NCBI RefSeq assembly: GCF_018977255.1
Contig: NW_024704743.1
Location: 55,926,001 to 55,990,000 of the forward strand
DNA length: 64,000 nucleotides
Source: Callorhinchus milii
Lineage: Eukaryota
Reading direction: 5' to 3'
Shown: positions 53,201-64,000 of the stretch, piece after piece
Layout of the letters: each line of letters starts with the position of its first letter
Numbering within the stretch: the stretch's first letter is position 1
Notes under the pieces: generated by a model
Told to the model about the DNA's origin: nothing
Database searches by the model: none
What the model saw: the letters and a program-made list of their open reading frames with translations, nothing else
Translations under genes and position numbers: made by a program

Positions 53201-53790
53201 TCATGAGATCTTTAATGCCCAACTAAACAGGGAGATTGTGATAAAAATGTAATGCAAATGGGAATGTTTGAAAGATGAGAAGAAAGCAAGAGTTGGTGAC
53301 CGTTATGAATCCTCACGCTGAGTAAGCACCCTTTGACCGTACTTAGCGTCATCTCCTCCCTCCCCCTGGTTCAGTACCAGGCTCCACCAAAATATATGTA
53401 ATGAAATATATAACGAATTATTAACAATAATAATCTTTACATTTGATATTGCTCCTTTCACATGTCTCAAAGCACTTCACAGAATTTACTGCAAATTGAA
53501 TTGACTGTTTTTGTAGGCAAATGCAGCCGCCCAATTCAATACAGCAATGTCACACACATAGCCATGAAATGAATGACCATATGGATTTGTGGCAATATTA
53601 GTCAGGACACTGGAGAAAATCTCTGTTTCTGAATAGCTACAATATGATATGCATCAAGTGATATAGCGTCAAGGCACATTTCTTCCATGGCTATTTCTAA
53701 TGCGTCCAGCATTGGTTGGAACCAACATTTCAATAGAGGCAATGACATCAGACAGAAACTGTTCAGTGTTCAATGTTTTGTTTCTCTTAG

Positions 53791-53907
53791 ATTACTGGTA
53801 AAGAGCTTCCACATGATCCCATGGTCCCTGTGTGGCTTCAGATCTATGTTGTAGTGCACTTCATCATCATGATAGGTGTTTACTCACACATGTTGGTCAA
53901 TAAGTCG
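53791..53907 (+). CDS. AGMO: AGMO coding exon (~exon 10), 117 bp
   Basis: tttgtttctcttag|ATT...AAGTCG|gtaagt; ITGKELPHDPMVPVWLQIYVVVHFIIMIGVYSHMLVNKS (includes a hydrophobic segment). Confidence 0.92.
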
Positions 53908-54269
53908 GTAAGTGCTTGCAGTCTTCCATTTATCACCTTGTTCTGTTGACTTTGCTAAACACTTGTGCTATTGTATTGCCGTTTAAAAAAAAAGGCAAAT
54001 TTCCAGAATCTGTGAGTCAGCTAGAGTTATATAAAATATAGAGAGCTTCAAACTGAATCTAATTGTTAAAGTTTAAAACTGGAAAAGGTCAACAACATCT
54101 TTGATGAACTGTTGTTCTTTTCTGTGTAAGTTTATTTGGGATTTAATATGAAGACCTTCAGCCTCCTATTGAAGTGGTATGAATATTTCCTTTACTGACA
54201 TCAGCCATGTACCATAATATTAATAATCCTTTACATTTGATAAAGCACTTTCACATCACGAGGTTGAAA

Positions 54270-54668
54270 ACCTTCAGCTTGCAGTTCGTTTTTGTGTTCT
54301 TTATAGTATGGTTCACAATCCCGTCACACCCTGGGACCTCCCTACCTCTCCGACTACCTCACTCCCCAATCCACCACTCCGCTCGAATGGCACAGGCCTC
54401 CTGCTTGTCCCTCACACTCTCCGCTCCATCATTGGAGTTTGCGCTTTCAGCCACTATGCCTCGAAACGATGGAACATTTTCCCTCAATCCCTCTGCCTTG
54501 CTCCCTCTCTCCCCTTTTTCAAGTCCCGCCTTAAAACCTTCTTTTTCGACTGGGCTTATGGTCACCTCCTCCCATCCCTGGCTCGGAGTAAGGCTCCGCT
54601 ACTGTAAAGTGCTCTGAGATGCTGCCCTGCGTCGAGGGTGCTATATAAGTGCAAGTTGTTGTTGTTGG
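54270..54668 (+). mobile_element. L2 3' fragment
   Basis: GTGLLLVPHTLRSIIG...FKSRLKTFFFD; (TTG)n tail. Confidence 0.85.
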
Positions 54669-54699
54669 TGGTTTTCATATGTATGAATTTCTGTAAAAG

Positions 54700-55095
54700 A
54701 TTAGGCAGAGGTTGGCAAGAGCCAAGGCTTGGTGACCCCAGAGTGTGCAATGGGGTATTGGTGGACATTGCTACCATTTTAAACTAGTTAAAATGATATG
54801 AAAGCACTGTCTGACAAGCTTTCCTGATGCTTGTCCAGCTAGGACCACCCTGCCCATTAGGGATTTGGCTTGCAGGGTTAACCGGAGTGGAGTGGGAAGA
54901 ATCCCTATCCCCAGTGACTGGTCTGCCCTACCAAGTCCTGATGATTAGTTAGGCTGGCTGTGCTGTCATCAGCAGTGACCTGGAGTACTGCAGACCTGGC
55001 TGGCTCACGAATTGGACTACTGAGACTACCACAGAGGGTTGGGTCAATTCTGACATTCTGTAGCCAAATATGTCACCTTTGAGCCAGTTCAGCTG
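54700..55095 (-). mobile_element. Antisense copy of the same unclassified repeat
   Basis: Reverse complement matches 2495-2850. Confidence 0.75.
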
Positions 55096-56067
55096 TGAAA
55101 AGAACCTGCTTACCTTCTACCCCAATGCTTCACAGGATATAATGTAAAATGCAATGACTTTGTATTTTGTTGACCTTTCCTCATACGGGTATATTCCTCA
55201 TACCATATTTCATAACAGATTCAATATGATATGTTACAACTGAATCTATTACACAATAGAATTTCTGTTGGATTTCCGAAAAATAAAGGTAGTATTGAGA
55301 TAAAGCCATTTAGCCTACTCATTTGGTTAGGTCCACATTCAAATTCCTGTAGCTTAATCTTATCCTTGCATCACCAGAATACTATATTTTTCATTCGCTG
55401 ACCAATTTGATTTGAATATCGCAAACAACATCAGGCCTCACCCTATTTCTAAATCTTTGAAATGACTGTAGGTAGGTCTTTAAACAAAATGCCAGAGCCA
55501 TCTTTTTAGGTGGCTTCAAGGTTGGTGGAAGTCGATTCGATAACAACTTTTCAGAGCGAACTAGATAATTATTTGGGGAGGACAAGTTTGCAGAAACTTA
55601 TGGGAAGGAGTGAGATTGAATTTGATATCTCTTTTCAAAGAGCCGGCACAGACATGATGGGTCAAATGGCCTCCTTCTGTGCTGTATAATTCTATGATTC
55701 TATGATTTAACTTGTTTAAGCAGAGTTTTGACATGAGTAGAATCTTTCTTACACAATTTTGACCTTCTTGCTTTGTTCCATCGTAACACAGTGGTAATTT
55801 CACTAAAGAGGGAGAATAAAAAAAGAGTATGAGAAAGCGCCTGGGAATTATTGAAATGCTTAAGTTCCTGGTGCCCCGCGGGAACTCTGGTCCAGAAGTA
55901 GATCATGCCAGAGTGGAAATCCTGCAAGTGAATGTGACACACATCTGGTTTTAGACCCTATTGTTTCATAATATGGGATTGCTTTGCCACATAATCCAAT
56001 ATTTTGCCTCACTGGAGATTTGTGAGTCTGCCTGAATAAAATGTTCTTTATTTGCTTCCTTGAACAG

Positions 56068-56150
56068 ACTTTATCAGAACTCACACTGCTCCTGCGAATT
56101 GGATACATTATCCTGACGCTGACCTGTGCTGGACTAATAATGGAGAATAG
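56068..56150 (+). CDS. AGMO: AGMO coding exon (~exon 11), 83 bp, followed by a GC donor
   Basis: cttccttgaacag|ACT...AATAG|gcaagt; TLSELTLLLRIGYIILTLTCAGLIMEN(R), similar to human LSQVTLLLRVCFIILTLTSIGFLLDQR. Confidence 0.9.
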
Positions 56151-56404
56151 GCAAGTGTTGTTCTACAATATTTATGTAGAACAGCCTGGCTCAGTTGGTA
56201 GCACTCTCACCTCCCAGTCAAAAGATTGTGGGCTTGAGCCTCATTTCGGGTCCATCTGTTTTCTCTTTATTGTTGTTGTTTTAATGAAGCATTCATTGTT
56301 TCACTTCTTCCAATGCAATGCAACATTGCTTTGAAGATTGTGTTTGGAACTTTGAGTTCACCGTTCAGACTGATCTTCCAGTGTAAGTACCATCATTTGG
56401 ATAA

Positions 56405-56732
56405 GATAATAATAATAATAATAATAATCCTTGCAGTTGATATTGCGCTTTTCACGTCGGAAGAACGTCCCAAAGCGCTTCACAGAACACGCTGTAAAGT
56501 GAATTGACTGTATATTTGTGGGCGAATGCGGCAGCCAATTGCGCACAGCAATGTCCCACAAACAGTCGTGGATTGAAGTGACCCAATTATTATTGTTTTT
56601 TTTTTCTTGAGGGATTATTATTAGGCGTGTGGAGTAAGGAAACTTGCCCAAGGTTTCGCCCTGCCTGGATTTGAACTCAGGTCTCTCACTTGCAAAGCGA
56701 GCGCTCTAACCACTGAGCTACAGGACTCCACA
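56405..56732 (-). mobile_element. Young tRNA-derived SINE inside the GC-AG intron
   Basis: Reverse-complement full-length match to 32344-32685. Confidence 0.92.
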
Positions 56733-57211
56733 ATAATATTTAAGATATTAAATAAACTGAGGCCCTGTCTGCCTGCGTTCTGGAAAGCAGTCCTCCAGAT
56801 AAAATTAACAATTTACTTCATATTCGTGGGATTTTGCTCGGTGCAAATTGGCTGCTGAGTTAGCTTACAAAAAACAGCCACTACATTTTGCAGAAACGTT
56901 TTAAAGTGCGTTCAGAAGTTCCTGACATAATTGAAACTACATCAAAAGCAAGAATTTTTGTGGTTGGTTTTCTTACTCTTTTCTTTTTGTTTCCATTTCC
57001 CTTATTTATTATTAAAATGGTTCCTACACATTCCACTTTAATCTGTCTCAATTTTGAATGAGTTAAATACTTTCAGTTAATCTACAACAACACATTTATA
57101 CTTATAAAGCACCTTGCAAGCTGGGAGGACATCCCAAGGTGCTGCTCTATCCACTCTTGATTCTTTCTGATGTTCTGTAATTAATAATTCTATTGCTCTT
57201 TTTGCCAGAAG

Positions 57212-57317
57212 ACCTGGAGCAGCAATCCTGGAAACAACCCGATGCTTCATTTTTCTGTTCCTTCAAAACCTTGGTTATATGGGTTCTCTGGTTGACCCTT
57301 TAAAATTGGCTACTGAG
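57212..57317 (+). CDS. AGMO: AGMO coding exon (~exon 12), 106 bp (109 bp if the CAG ending at 57208 is used)
   Basis: ctctttttgccagaag|ACCT...ACTGAG|gtaagt; (R)PGAAILETTRCFIFLFLQNLGYMGSLVDPLKLATE, similar to human RPKAAIMETLRCLMFL. Confidence 0.9.
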
Positions 57318-58536
57318 GTAAGTGTCTTTCGTTTGAGTGCCCAGCCTACTGTCCAAAGTGCTTTCCGATGTCCTTTCCACATGAAAAGCGTTATATAAAT
57401 GTGAATTGTGTTGTCTTGTATTATAATAATAATATGTGCATTTGATACAGAATCTTATCACATCACCGAGATGTCTCAAAGCGTTCACTGGATATATTGT
57501 AGGATAGACTGTATTTTGTGGGACAAATGCGGCAGCCAGTTTCTTACAGCAATGTTCCTAGGTGGATCATTTTCTGTAAGTATTTGCTATATACTGGCCA
57601 GGGATGTTGGTGGTGTATTCATATATAGTAGTCTGTATAGGTCATTTGTATCAACAAAAAACAATAACTTGCATTTATATAGCCTCATGTGGGGTAGCAG
57701 TATAACACCAAATAGAAGAATTGCAGTTTCATTTCCAGTATTGTTTTCATTGTCCCTAGATTACAAGTATATATAAAAAAATGTTTCATGGTATCGTTTT
57801 ATCAGTGGTGACAGCTGACTTCATAATAATCCTATTTGATATAGTGTCTTATACGTCAGGAAGATGTCTCAAAGCATTCACGTGGTACAGAGTAATGTGG
57901 AGTGACTGTATTTTGTGGGTGAACTTAATCCACCTTTTCTCTGTTTGCTTTGAATGATACAACGATGACTTGCCCTCTTAAAGGTCTTACCGACATTATT
58001 TGGGGGAGATGCCTGTATAGCATTGTCAGGGGTGATAAAAGTCATTCTATCCATCTGCCTAGAAGGGATATATGATGCACCTAAGCCTGCAATACTTTTG
58101 CAGGGAGAAGGTCATAGAGGAGATTAGCGGTGTTATACTATACCTATCTAAATCAGACGATTATTGTTATAATTAAACAAATTCACCCTGCACTGGTGCT
58201 GCTTTTAGATTTTGATCCACTGTGTGAAGAAGAAAATAATTTCTGTTTTCATAGCCTCTTATTATGGCAGAATGCCTTAATTTATGGTAATCACTATCAA
58301 GTATAGTGACTGTTTTTGTAGGCATCCATTTTCCAAAGTGCCATGAGGTAGGCTCCAAGGTTCAGCACTCTGAAACACTTCCCCATGTGATGGCCAAGTC
58401 ATTTTAGTTGAGGTGATTGACCTATGTATATATATTTTGACCTATTCATCTAGAGGATTGTGGGACAGAACAAAACTCTTTTATTTTTCTGAATAGTGTC
58501 ATGGGTCTTATCATTCACCTGAGAACAAGCAGATGG

Positions 58537-58565
58537 TATATATATATATATATATGTGTGTGTGT
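58537..58565. repeat. (TA)n(TG)n microsatellite
   Basis: Direct reading of the sequence. Confidence 0.85.
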
Positions 58566-59084
58566 TAGGCAGACACTCATGCAAACATAATGAGTTTAAT
58601 CTCTTCTTGTCAGTGCGTGCTTGTAATGTACCTGATGTTGGTGGGAGGTCTGGGGTATCATTCCCTTCCAGTAGCATTACTGATTTGTGCTGTTAGAGAG
58701 AACCAAGAAAACAACAGACATTTATAGAAGGTTAATTTGGTGGGATAAGGATAATTGTGAGGTAAGCTCACAGACTACAAGGAGATGGGGGAGACATCAG
58801 GCAACAGACACAACAAGCAATAGTGAGAGCTCAGAGTTAAAAAGTGAAAGGCCACTGAATTCATTCAGCCCACGATCTGATTTGAAACATCACAGAAATG
58901 CAAAGGTAAAGAGTGGGTTAGAGGATGGAGTGATTGAGGTGAAAATAGGAAAAGAAGAAAATGGAAAAATAGCACGGAAGAAAAACATAAATCTAGTGGT
59001 GAATTGTGTTAGCAAATTGAACAGGGAATTAAATAACTATTAAGCAAAAAGATTGATTGATGGGTATGATGGGCAAAGACAACT

Positions 59085-59410
59085 CAGGGAGAGCCTCAGT
59101 GAGGTGTATAAACTTTTAAATGCTATTGAAAAAATAAACTCAGAACAAAACTTTAGAATCCACCAAGACAGTAGAATAAGAGGACAAAGATATAGAGTTG
59201 CAAAGGACAATTTCAGGACAGATACCAGGAAGATTTTCTTTATTTAATTAATAACTAAAACAGGTTGTCGGATGATTGAGGCAGGACATCGACTCATTTT
59301 AAAAAAAACGGCTTGATGCTATGATGTGGGGATGGATGGTAGGGTGGGTATTCTGGAGGGATGAGATCAGATGGATCAAAGGGCCTTCTTCATCCAGACC
59401 AATCTCATGG
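59085..59410 (+). mobile_element. Old CR1 3' fragment
   Basis: EVYKLLNAIEKINSEQNF...RIRGQRYRVAKDNFRTDTRKIFF. Confidence 0.75.
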
Positions 59411-60978
59411 TCGTGAAATTTAAGAGTAATGAAGAATTCTTTTACAATACATTTTTACAGCCAGATGGTTTTGTTTCAGTCTTGTACATTCCTATGTGAA
59501 TGCAGAAACAAAAACAGAGAGAAACAGCATGGATGTTTTTAACTTTACATTTTTTAGCCTTACATTAAAAAATGTCTGTACGTTGAAACATGCAGAGCAA
59601 AAAGTGTCAAAACAGCTCCATTATTTCTATATGAAATGCATTTACTTTTATACAGGAAAACAGGGGAGGGATCTGATGGGAATAGGAGCATAATTGCGTT
59701 TACTATGGTGTGAGACAAATGTCACAAGCAGTAGGACTCTTTGAGACCACATTTGCTTCAAAGGTGTCCACACAGCCAGCAGAACCTCATGAGCATACAA
59801 TGCACTCATTAACAGGTTACCACGAGAAAGCCACAGGACTAAAATACATATATAAAATTAAGCCAACAGTCCCGCAGAGCTGTAAACCTTAAAAACCTTA
59901 AAAAACATCTGTATTTTCCCGTTTTGCCAAGCATCTGCAGAGGTTTCACACAATCTGCCAATTCGTTCCAGTTATTTTTAAAGTTGGATTGCATTTAAAC
60001 TGTTCAGAAACTAACAAACATTTAGTTAATAAAAAACAGTACTATATCATTATTCAATTAACATATTAGGTCATTTTATTTCCCAGCATAATCTCATTGA
60101 GGAAATGACTATTAGCCTATTTAAAGGGACGGTGTTTTTTTTTAAAGTTTTGAGATGTTTTCCTCTGTGAAAGGCACTGAATAAGTTCAAGTTGTTGGGG
60201 GACGTGCTCAGTTCCTGGGGCAGCCTGCTTTGAATGCCTCCCCATCAGTCTATATTGTTGAATGCTGTAGTAAAGTTATTTGGCAGAAGACTACATATGT
60301 GCTTAAGATCAAAAACAATTTTTGGCCGCCAGATATGATTGACCGAACAATGGTATAATTGCAACCCTCTTTCACGTAGACACACATTAAAGAGTCACGC
60401 AGGACATGGGTGAACTGTTCCCAGAACAAATGATGTGTTGATTTTGATGTGGCGAATAACATATGCGTCAATCCTCATGGCGATCAAATTGAGGAAATGC
60501 GTAAAGTCAGATTAATGATCGAGGAGTGGGTCAAAGTTGAAAAGGCCTTTGAAGATGAGTGCATTGTTCCTTAGCAGATTGTCAGTTTGGCTCGATCTAG
60601 TTCAATTTAGCTAAGATGAATTCAGCTGGTCAAAGCTGTCACTTCTTGGTAATAGGTTGTGAGTTTAAGATTTCAGCTCCGAATCAAGGCTGCCATCGAG
60701 TGGTGTATTGGCAGAGGATCTTTGGATGAGATATTAAACTGGGGGCACCTGTATTGGTGGCTGTTCCTATGTCAATAGTTGGAAAAAATTCTCCCAGTGT
60801 CCTCCTGGACACTATTCCTCCCTCAATTAACTGATCAACAAGCTGACTAATTGGTCTTTCATCCCATTGCTGTTTTTGCATGTTGCTGCAATTGATTAGC
60901 TGCTGACCTTGTCTCTGAAACAATTGTTATGCAATATTTCAGAGTAACTCGTTGCAACTCATTCCTAGCCTTCGGATC

Positions 60979-61122
60979 ACATGTTTAACCGAGACATTTA
61001 CTTTAATACAGGAAAACAGGGGAGGGTTCTGATGGGACATAGTAAATGCAATTAGGCTCCTATTCCCATCAGATCCCTTCCCTGTTTTCCTGTATAAAAT
61101 TAAATGTCTCGGTTAAACATGT
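60979..61122. repeat. Inverted repeat, 59-bp arms (4 mismatches), 26-bp spacer
   Basis: acatgtttaaccgagacattta...gatggga / tcccatc...taaatgtctcggttaaacatgt. Confidence 0.9.
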
Positions 61123-62509
61123 CTCCCTGTTTACGTGGATGTTAAAGATCTCATGGCACTATTTGAAAAGACAAGGGAATTTCTCCTGCTGTCAGCCAAG
61201 AATCTGCCGAATTAAAAGAATCATTCATTTCATGGTTGTTTATAGGACATCGCTGTGCTCAAATTGGCCGCTGTGTTTGCCTAAAAAATACAGTCACTTC
61301 ATGATACAGTAAATCCTTTGAAACTCTTTGACAACGTGATAAGGTGCTGTATCAAATGCAAGAATTATTTATTATTATTGTTGTGTTTGATGCGATTACA
61401 CACTAAGTCAAAAATGCAAGCATTTGCTTTATTTTTAAGAGTGACATGTAAAGCTAGTTATGGTTTAATGCTAAGTGTGATTATCTCTGTAGAGGATTGC
61501 AACTTGTCAGTGCGATCACTAGTTTTCAGCTCTGGAGCACAGCACAGCAGAGCGCTTTAACAAAAGACTTGTAAATTGAGGGCATCAGCTTATATTAAGT
61601 TTTCTTTATTACACATTTGCAAGTGTGGTAATACTTGCAAATTACCACACTCCTACTGCTCCTAACCAATCTCACTGTCCATTAAATGCACAAGAAATTG
61701 CTTTATTTTCTTAAGGGTATACTTAGCGCCGTATGCCTAGCAATACATTCCCCGTGGGAGGCTGGCATATCAGCAATGGTGATTTTATATAATTATGTGC
61801 ATATTCTCTAGTGCGCTGTACTTGTAGAAGAGATTTACAACTTCTACACTATGTTTAAAGTGAATGGTTAGACCACACAAAATAGAGTACCAGATAATTG
61901 CTGAGCAAATGGGCAAGTGGCTTGTATTTGGGTATGTTGATGTTGAGTTCTTTGCACTGTGTGTGAGCTCCATCACCTTCCAGCATCTTGCTTTGTGATT
62001 CTACAATTCCAGATGCTCAAAGCAATTGACCGTAAAATTGCTTTTTATTTCTATCCATGTAGCTAGTTGTTGCTCACAGCCACCTCCTGTTAAAAAGTTG
62101 CTCATTATCAGCTTCCTTTCCTGCCTCCCTCTTCAGTCAAAGAAAAACTTCTGGAACCGATTATAAATGTCTGCTTTTAACTTAATAGACTGATGAGATT
62201 TGCACGGGGCTAGGATTCTGGTTGGAAGTATAAGCCCTTTATACTCTGTGGTAGGGTTGCAATCACGTTACAATTATTGCCTATTAAAACGGTAATGCCC
62301 ATTGTAAGTATGTCCAATTAGAAAGTACTATTAAACTGTATTTCAGGGCTATATTGAATTCTTGAATGTTATTTTGTCACAAAGTCAGCTCCAGATTTCT
62401 ACATACGTGATCCAACCATAGATTGCTAGAGTGTATCTAATCAATATCAATACAACTGTGTTTTAGAATTACCTAGATAAGCAAGCCACCGTGAATCCAG
62501 TAAGAAGCC

Positions 62510-63010
62510 TCCCTCATCAAGTCCAGGCTAGATTATTCCAACGACCAGCTTTGAATGGGCTCCCCAGCACCTCCCTACAAAAGCTGCGGATCATCCAGAA
62601 CTCTATAGATTGTGTCCTCTCTTGACCATATCCATAAGCCTATCACCCCCTATCCTCATTCAGCAACACTAGCCATCCCAATGGATCAAATTCAGGATTC
62701 TTGTCTTCACATTCAAATCTTTCCATGGCCTCATCCTGGCTTCCTGGAAGCCTATTTGCCTGGAAGCTCCCTCTGCTCAGTGAACACTGAGCTACTTCGT
62801 ATCCTCTGCCTGATCAGCCGCAGCATTGCGTGACCTTTGAGCCATTCTGTCCCCGCTCTCTGGAACTCCATTCCCAAATACCTGCCCTCTCCACTTTTAC
62901 AACTTGCATTAAAATCTTAAATTTTGACTGTGCTTTTGGTCGTCTTTCCCTCCATCTCTCCCCACCCCACCGTGGAGAGCATCATATAAATGTAAAATTG
63001 TTATTGGTGT
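62510..63010 (+). mobile_element. Degraded L2 3' fragment
   Basis: ctacaaaagctgcggatcatccagaactct...tctggaactccattccc and a tail. Confidence 0.75.
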
Positions 63011-63320
63011 TGTGTCAGTCTGGCTCAGTTGGAAGTTCTCATCTCTGGGTCAGAATGCTGTGAGTTCAGACCCAATGGGTTCACATTCTTGGTTAACACT
63101 GCATTGTGGTTTGTTGAGAGAAGCCCTGCATTGTCAGGTGCCATCCTTTGAATGAGATGCTAATCAGAAGTGCCACCTGCCTGTTAATTTGTATGTTAAA
63201 GTACTCATGGCACTACTTGAAAAGAGAAATGAGTTTTCCCCATTGTCCTGGCCAATATTCCTCCAAAATAAATTGGTCGACTTCCTGACTGTTGTGGGAC
63301 ATTGCTGTGTGCAAACTCGG
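63011..63320 (+). mobile_element. Older Deu-domain SINE
   Basis: tgtgtcagtctggctcagttgg head and gcattgtcaggtgccatcctttgaatgagatg body. Confidence 0.7.
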
Positions 63321-64000
63321 CCCAAGGTGGTCAAAAGCAGAGGTTGATTTTGGAAGGGAGTGGGATTAAGGCTAAACTGGGAAACAGGGCCAAAGTCAAT
63401 AAATACTGTACAAAAACAATACAATTGTGATGCTCTTACCAGCTTTTAATGTGCTGATTGCCAGCCACTCCCGTGTGAGATGGTTTCTAAACATCTACTG
63501 TGTTTATACTGTGCATGTGTGGCCTGCTGTGTGTATATGTGTGTATGTGTGTGCACAGAGCAAATTTTAAACTTTGTCTTTAGCTTTCAAGACCTTATTT
63601 GTTCAGTCTGGGTATAAAAAATGGTGATTACACACCTTAATGCAGCAGGTGCAGGTGTTTGTGGGTAACTGGAGATGCCCCTTGTTTAGTCATATGTGTG
63701 GAATGTAGATTACTGGACCCCAATTGTTAGTGACAATTGGAAAAAAAACTGATTTATTGAGAATTACTGGCATAGTCGACTTATTCAGGCATTATAATAA
63801 TCATGCTTGTATTTTATATAGGGTCAATAACTTTGATACATCTTAAAGTGCTTCTTAATAATAATAATATAAAATCCTTGCCTTTGATATAACGCTTATG
63901 GTCTTCAAGATCATAGAATCATAGAATTATACAGCACAGAAGGAGATCATTCAGCCCATTGTGTCCGTGCCGGCCCTTTGAAAGAGTTGTCCAAATTAAT

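Larger units (their letters stand above)
25729..57317 (+). other. AGMO: AGMO gene body (partial; nine internal coding exons in large introns)
   Basis: Exons join in frame: (E)VNIFWSGHQVHHSSEDYNLTTALRQSVLQKYFTW-FFNLPMAFFIPPSVFIVHLQFNLLYQFWIHTE-IIGNLGPLELILNTPSHHRVHHG-RNQYCIDKNYAGTLIIWDRIFG-TFEPESEKVIYGLTHPINAFEPFWVQ-LHHLLYIWKTFWATPG...; this closely matches vertebrate AGMO from memory, and all splice phases are compatible. Confidence 0.96.

Noticed and set aside
58687..59043. 118-aa ORF
   Set aside because: Purine-rich, GTG start, no recognisable domain or splice support, and adjacent to a decayed CR1.
62189..62233. Possible last AGMO exon (ttaatag|ACTGAT..., TDEICTGLGFWLEV*)
   Set aside because: Phase fits, but the similarity to the expected IVFSICIAFWG terminus is weak and the acceptor is poor; likely chance.

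Overview
Vertebrate genomic DNA. The repeat content points to a cartilaginous fish, probably a chimaera/holocephalan (inference). The window lies inside one large + strand gene, alkylglycerol monooxygenase (AGMO). Nine consecutive internal coding exons (25729-57317; exons 4-12 by analogy with the human gene as I recall it) splice in frame into an intact fatty-acid-hydroxylase-family sequence with both His boxes HQVHH and HHRVHH. The 5' exons and the last coding exon were not found and probably lie outside the window. One intron has a GC donor and a NAGNAG acceptor. The introns are packed with a young tRNA-headed Deu-type SINE, older Deu SINEs, L2 and CR1 fragments (often nested and antiparallel), an unclassified LINE-like family, a Penelope-type end with a broken hammerhead motif, and several MITE-like inverted repeats. 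Almost all ORFs in the supplied track are decayed repeats or noise. I found no convincing novel multi-gene system. The best leads are splicing oddities, SINE/LINE tail covariation, long fold-backs and templated local duplications. Repeat boundaries are approximate; family names come from motif recall, not database searches.
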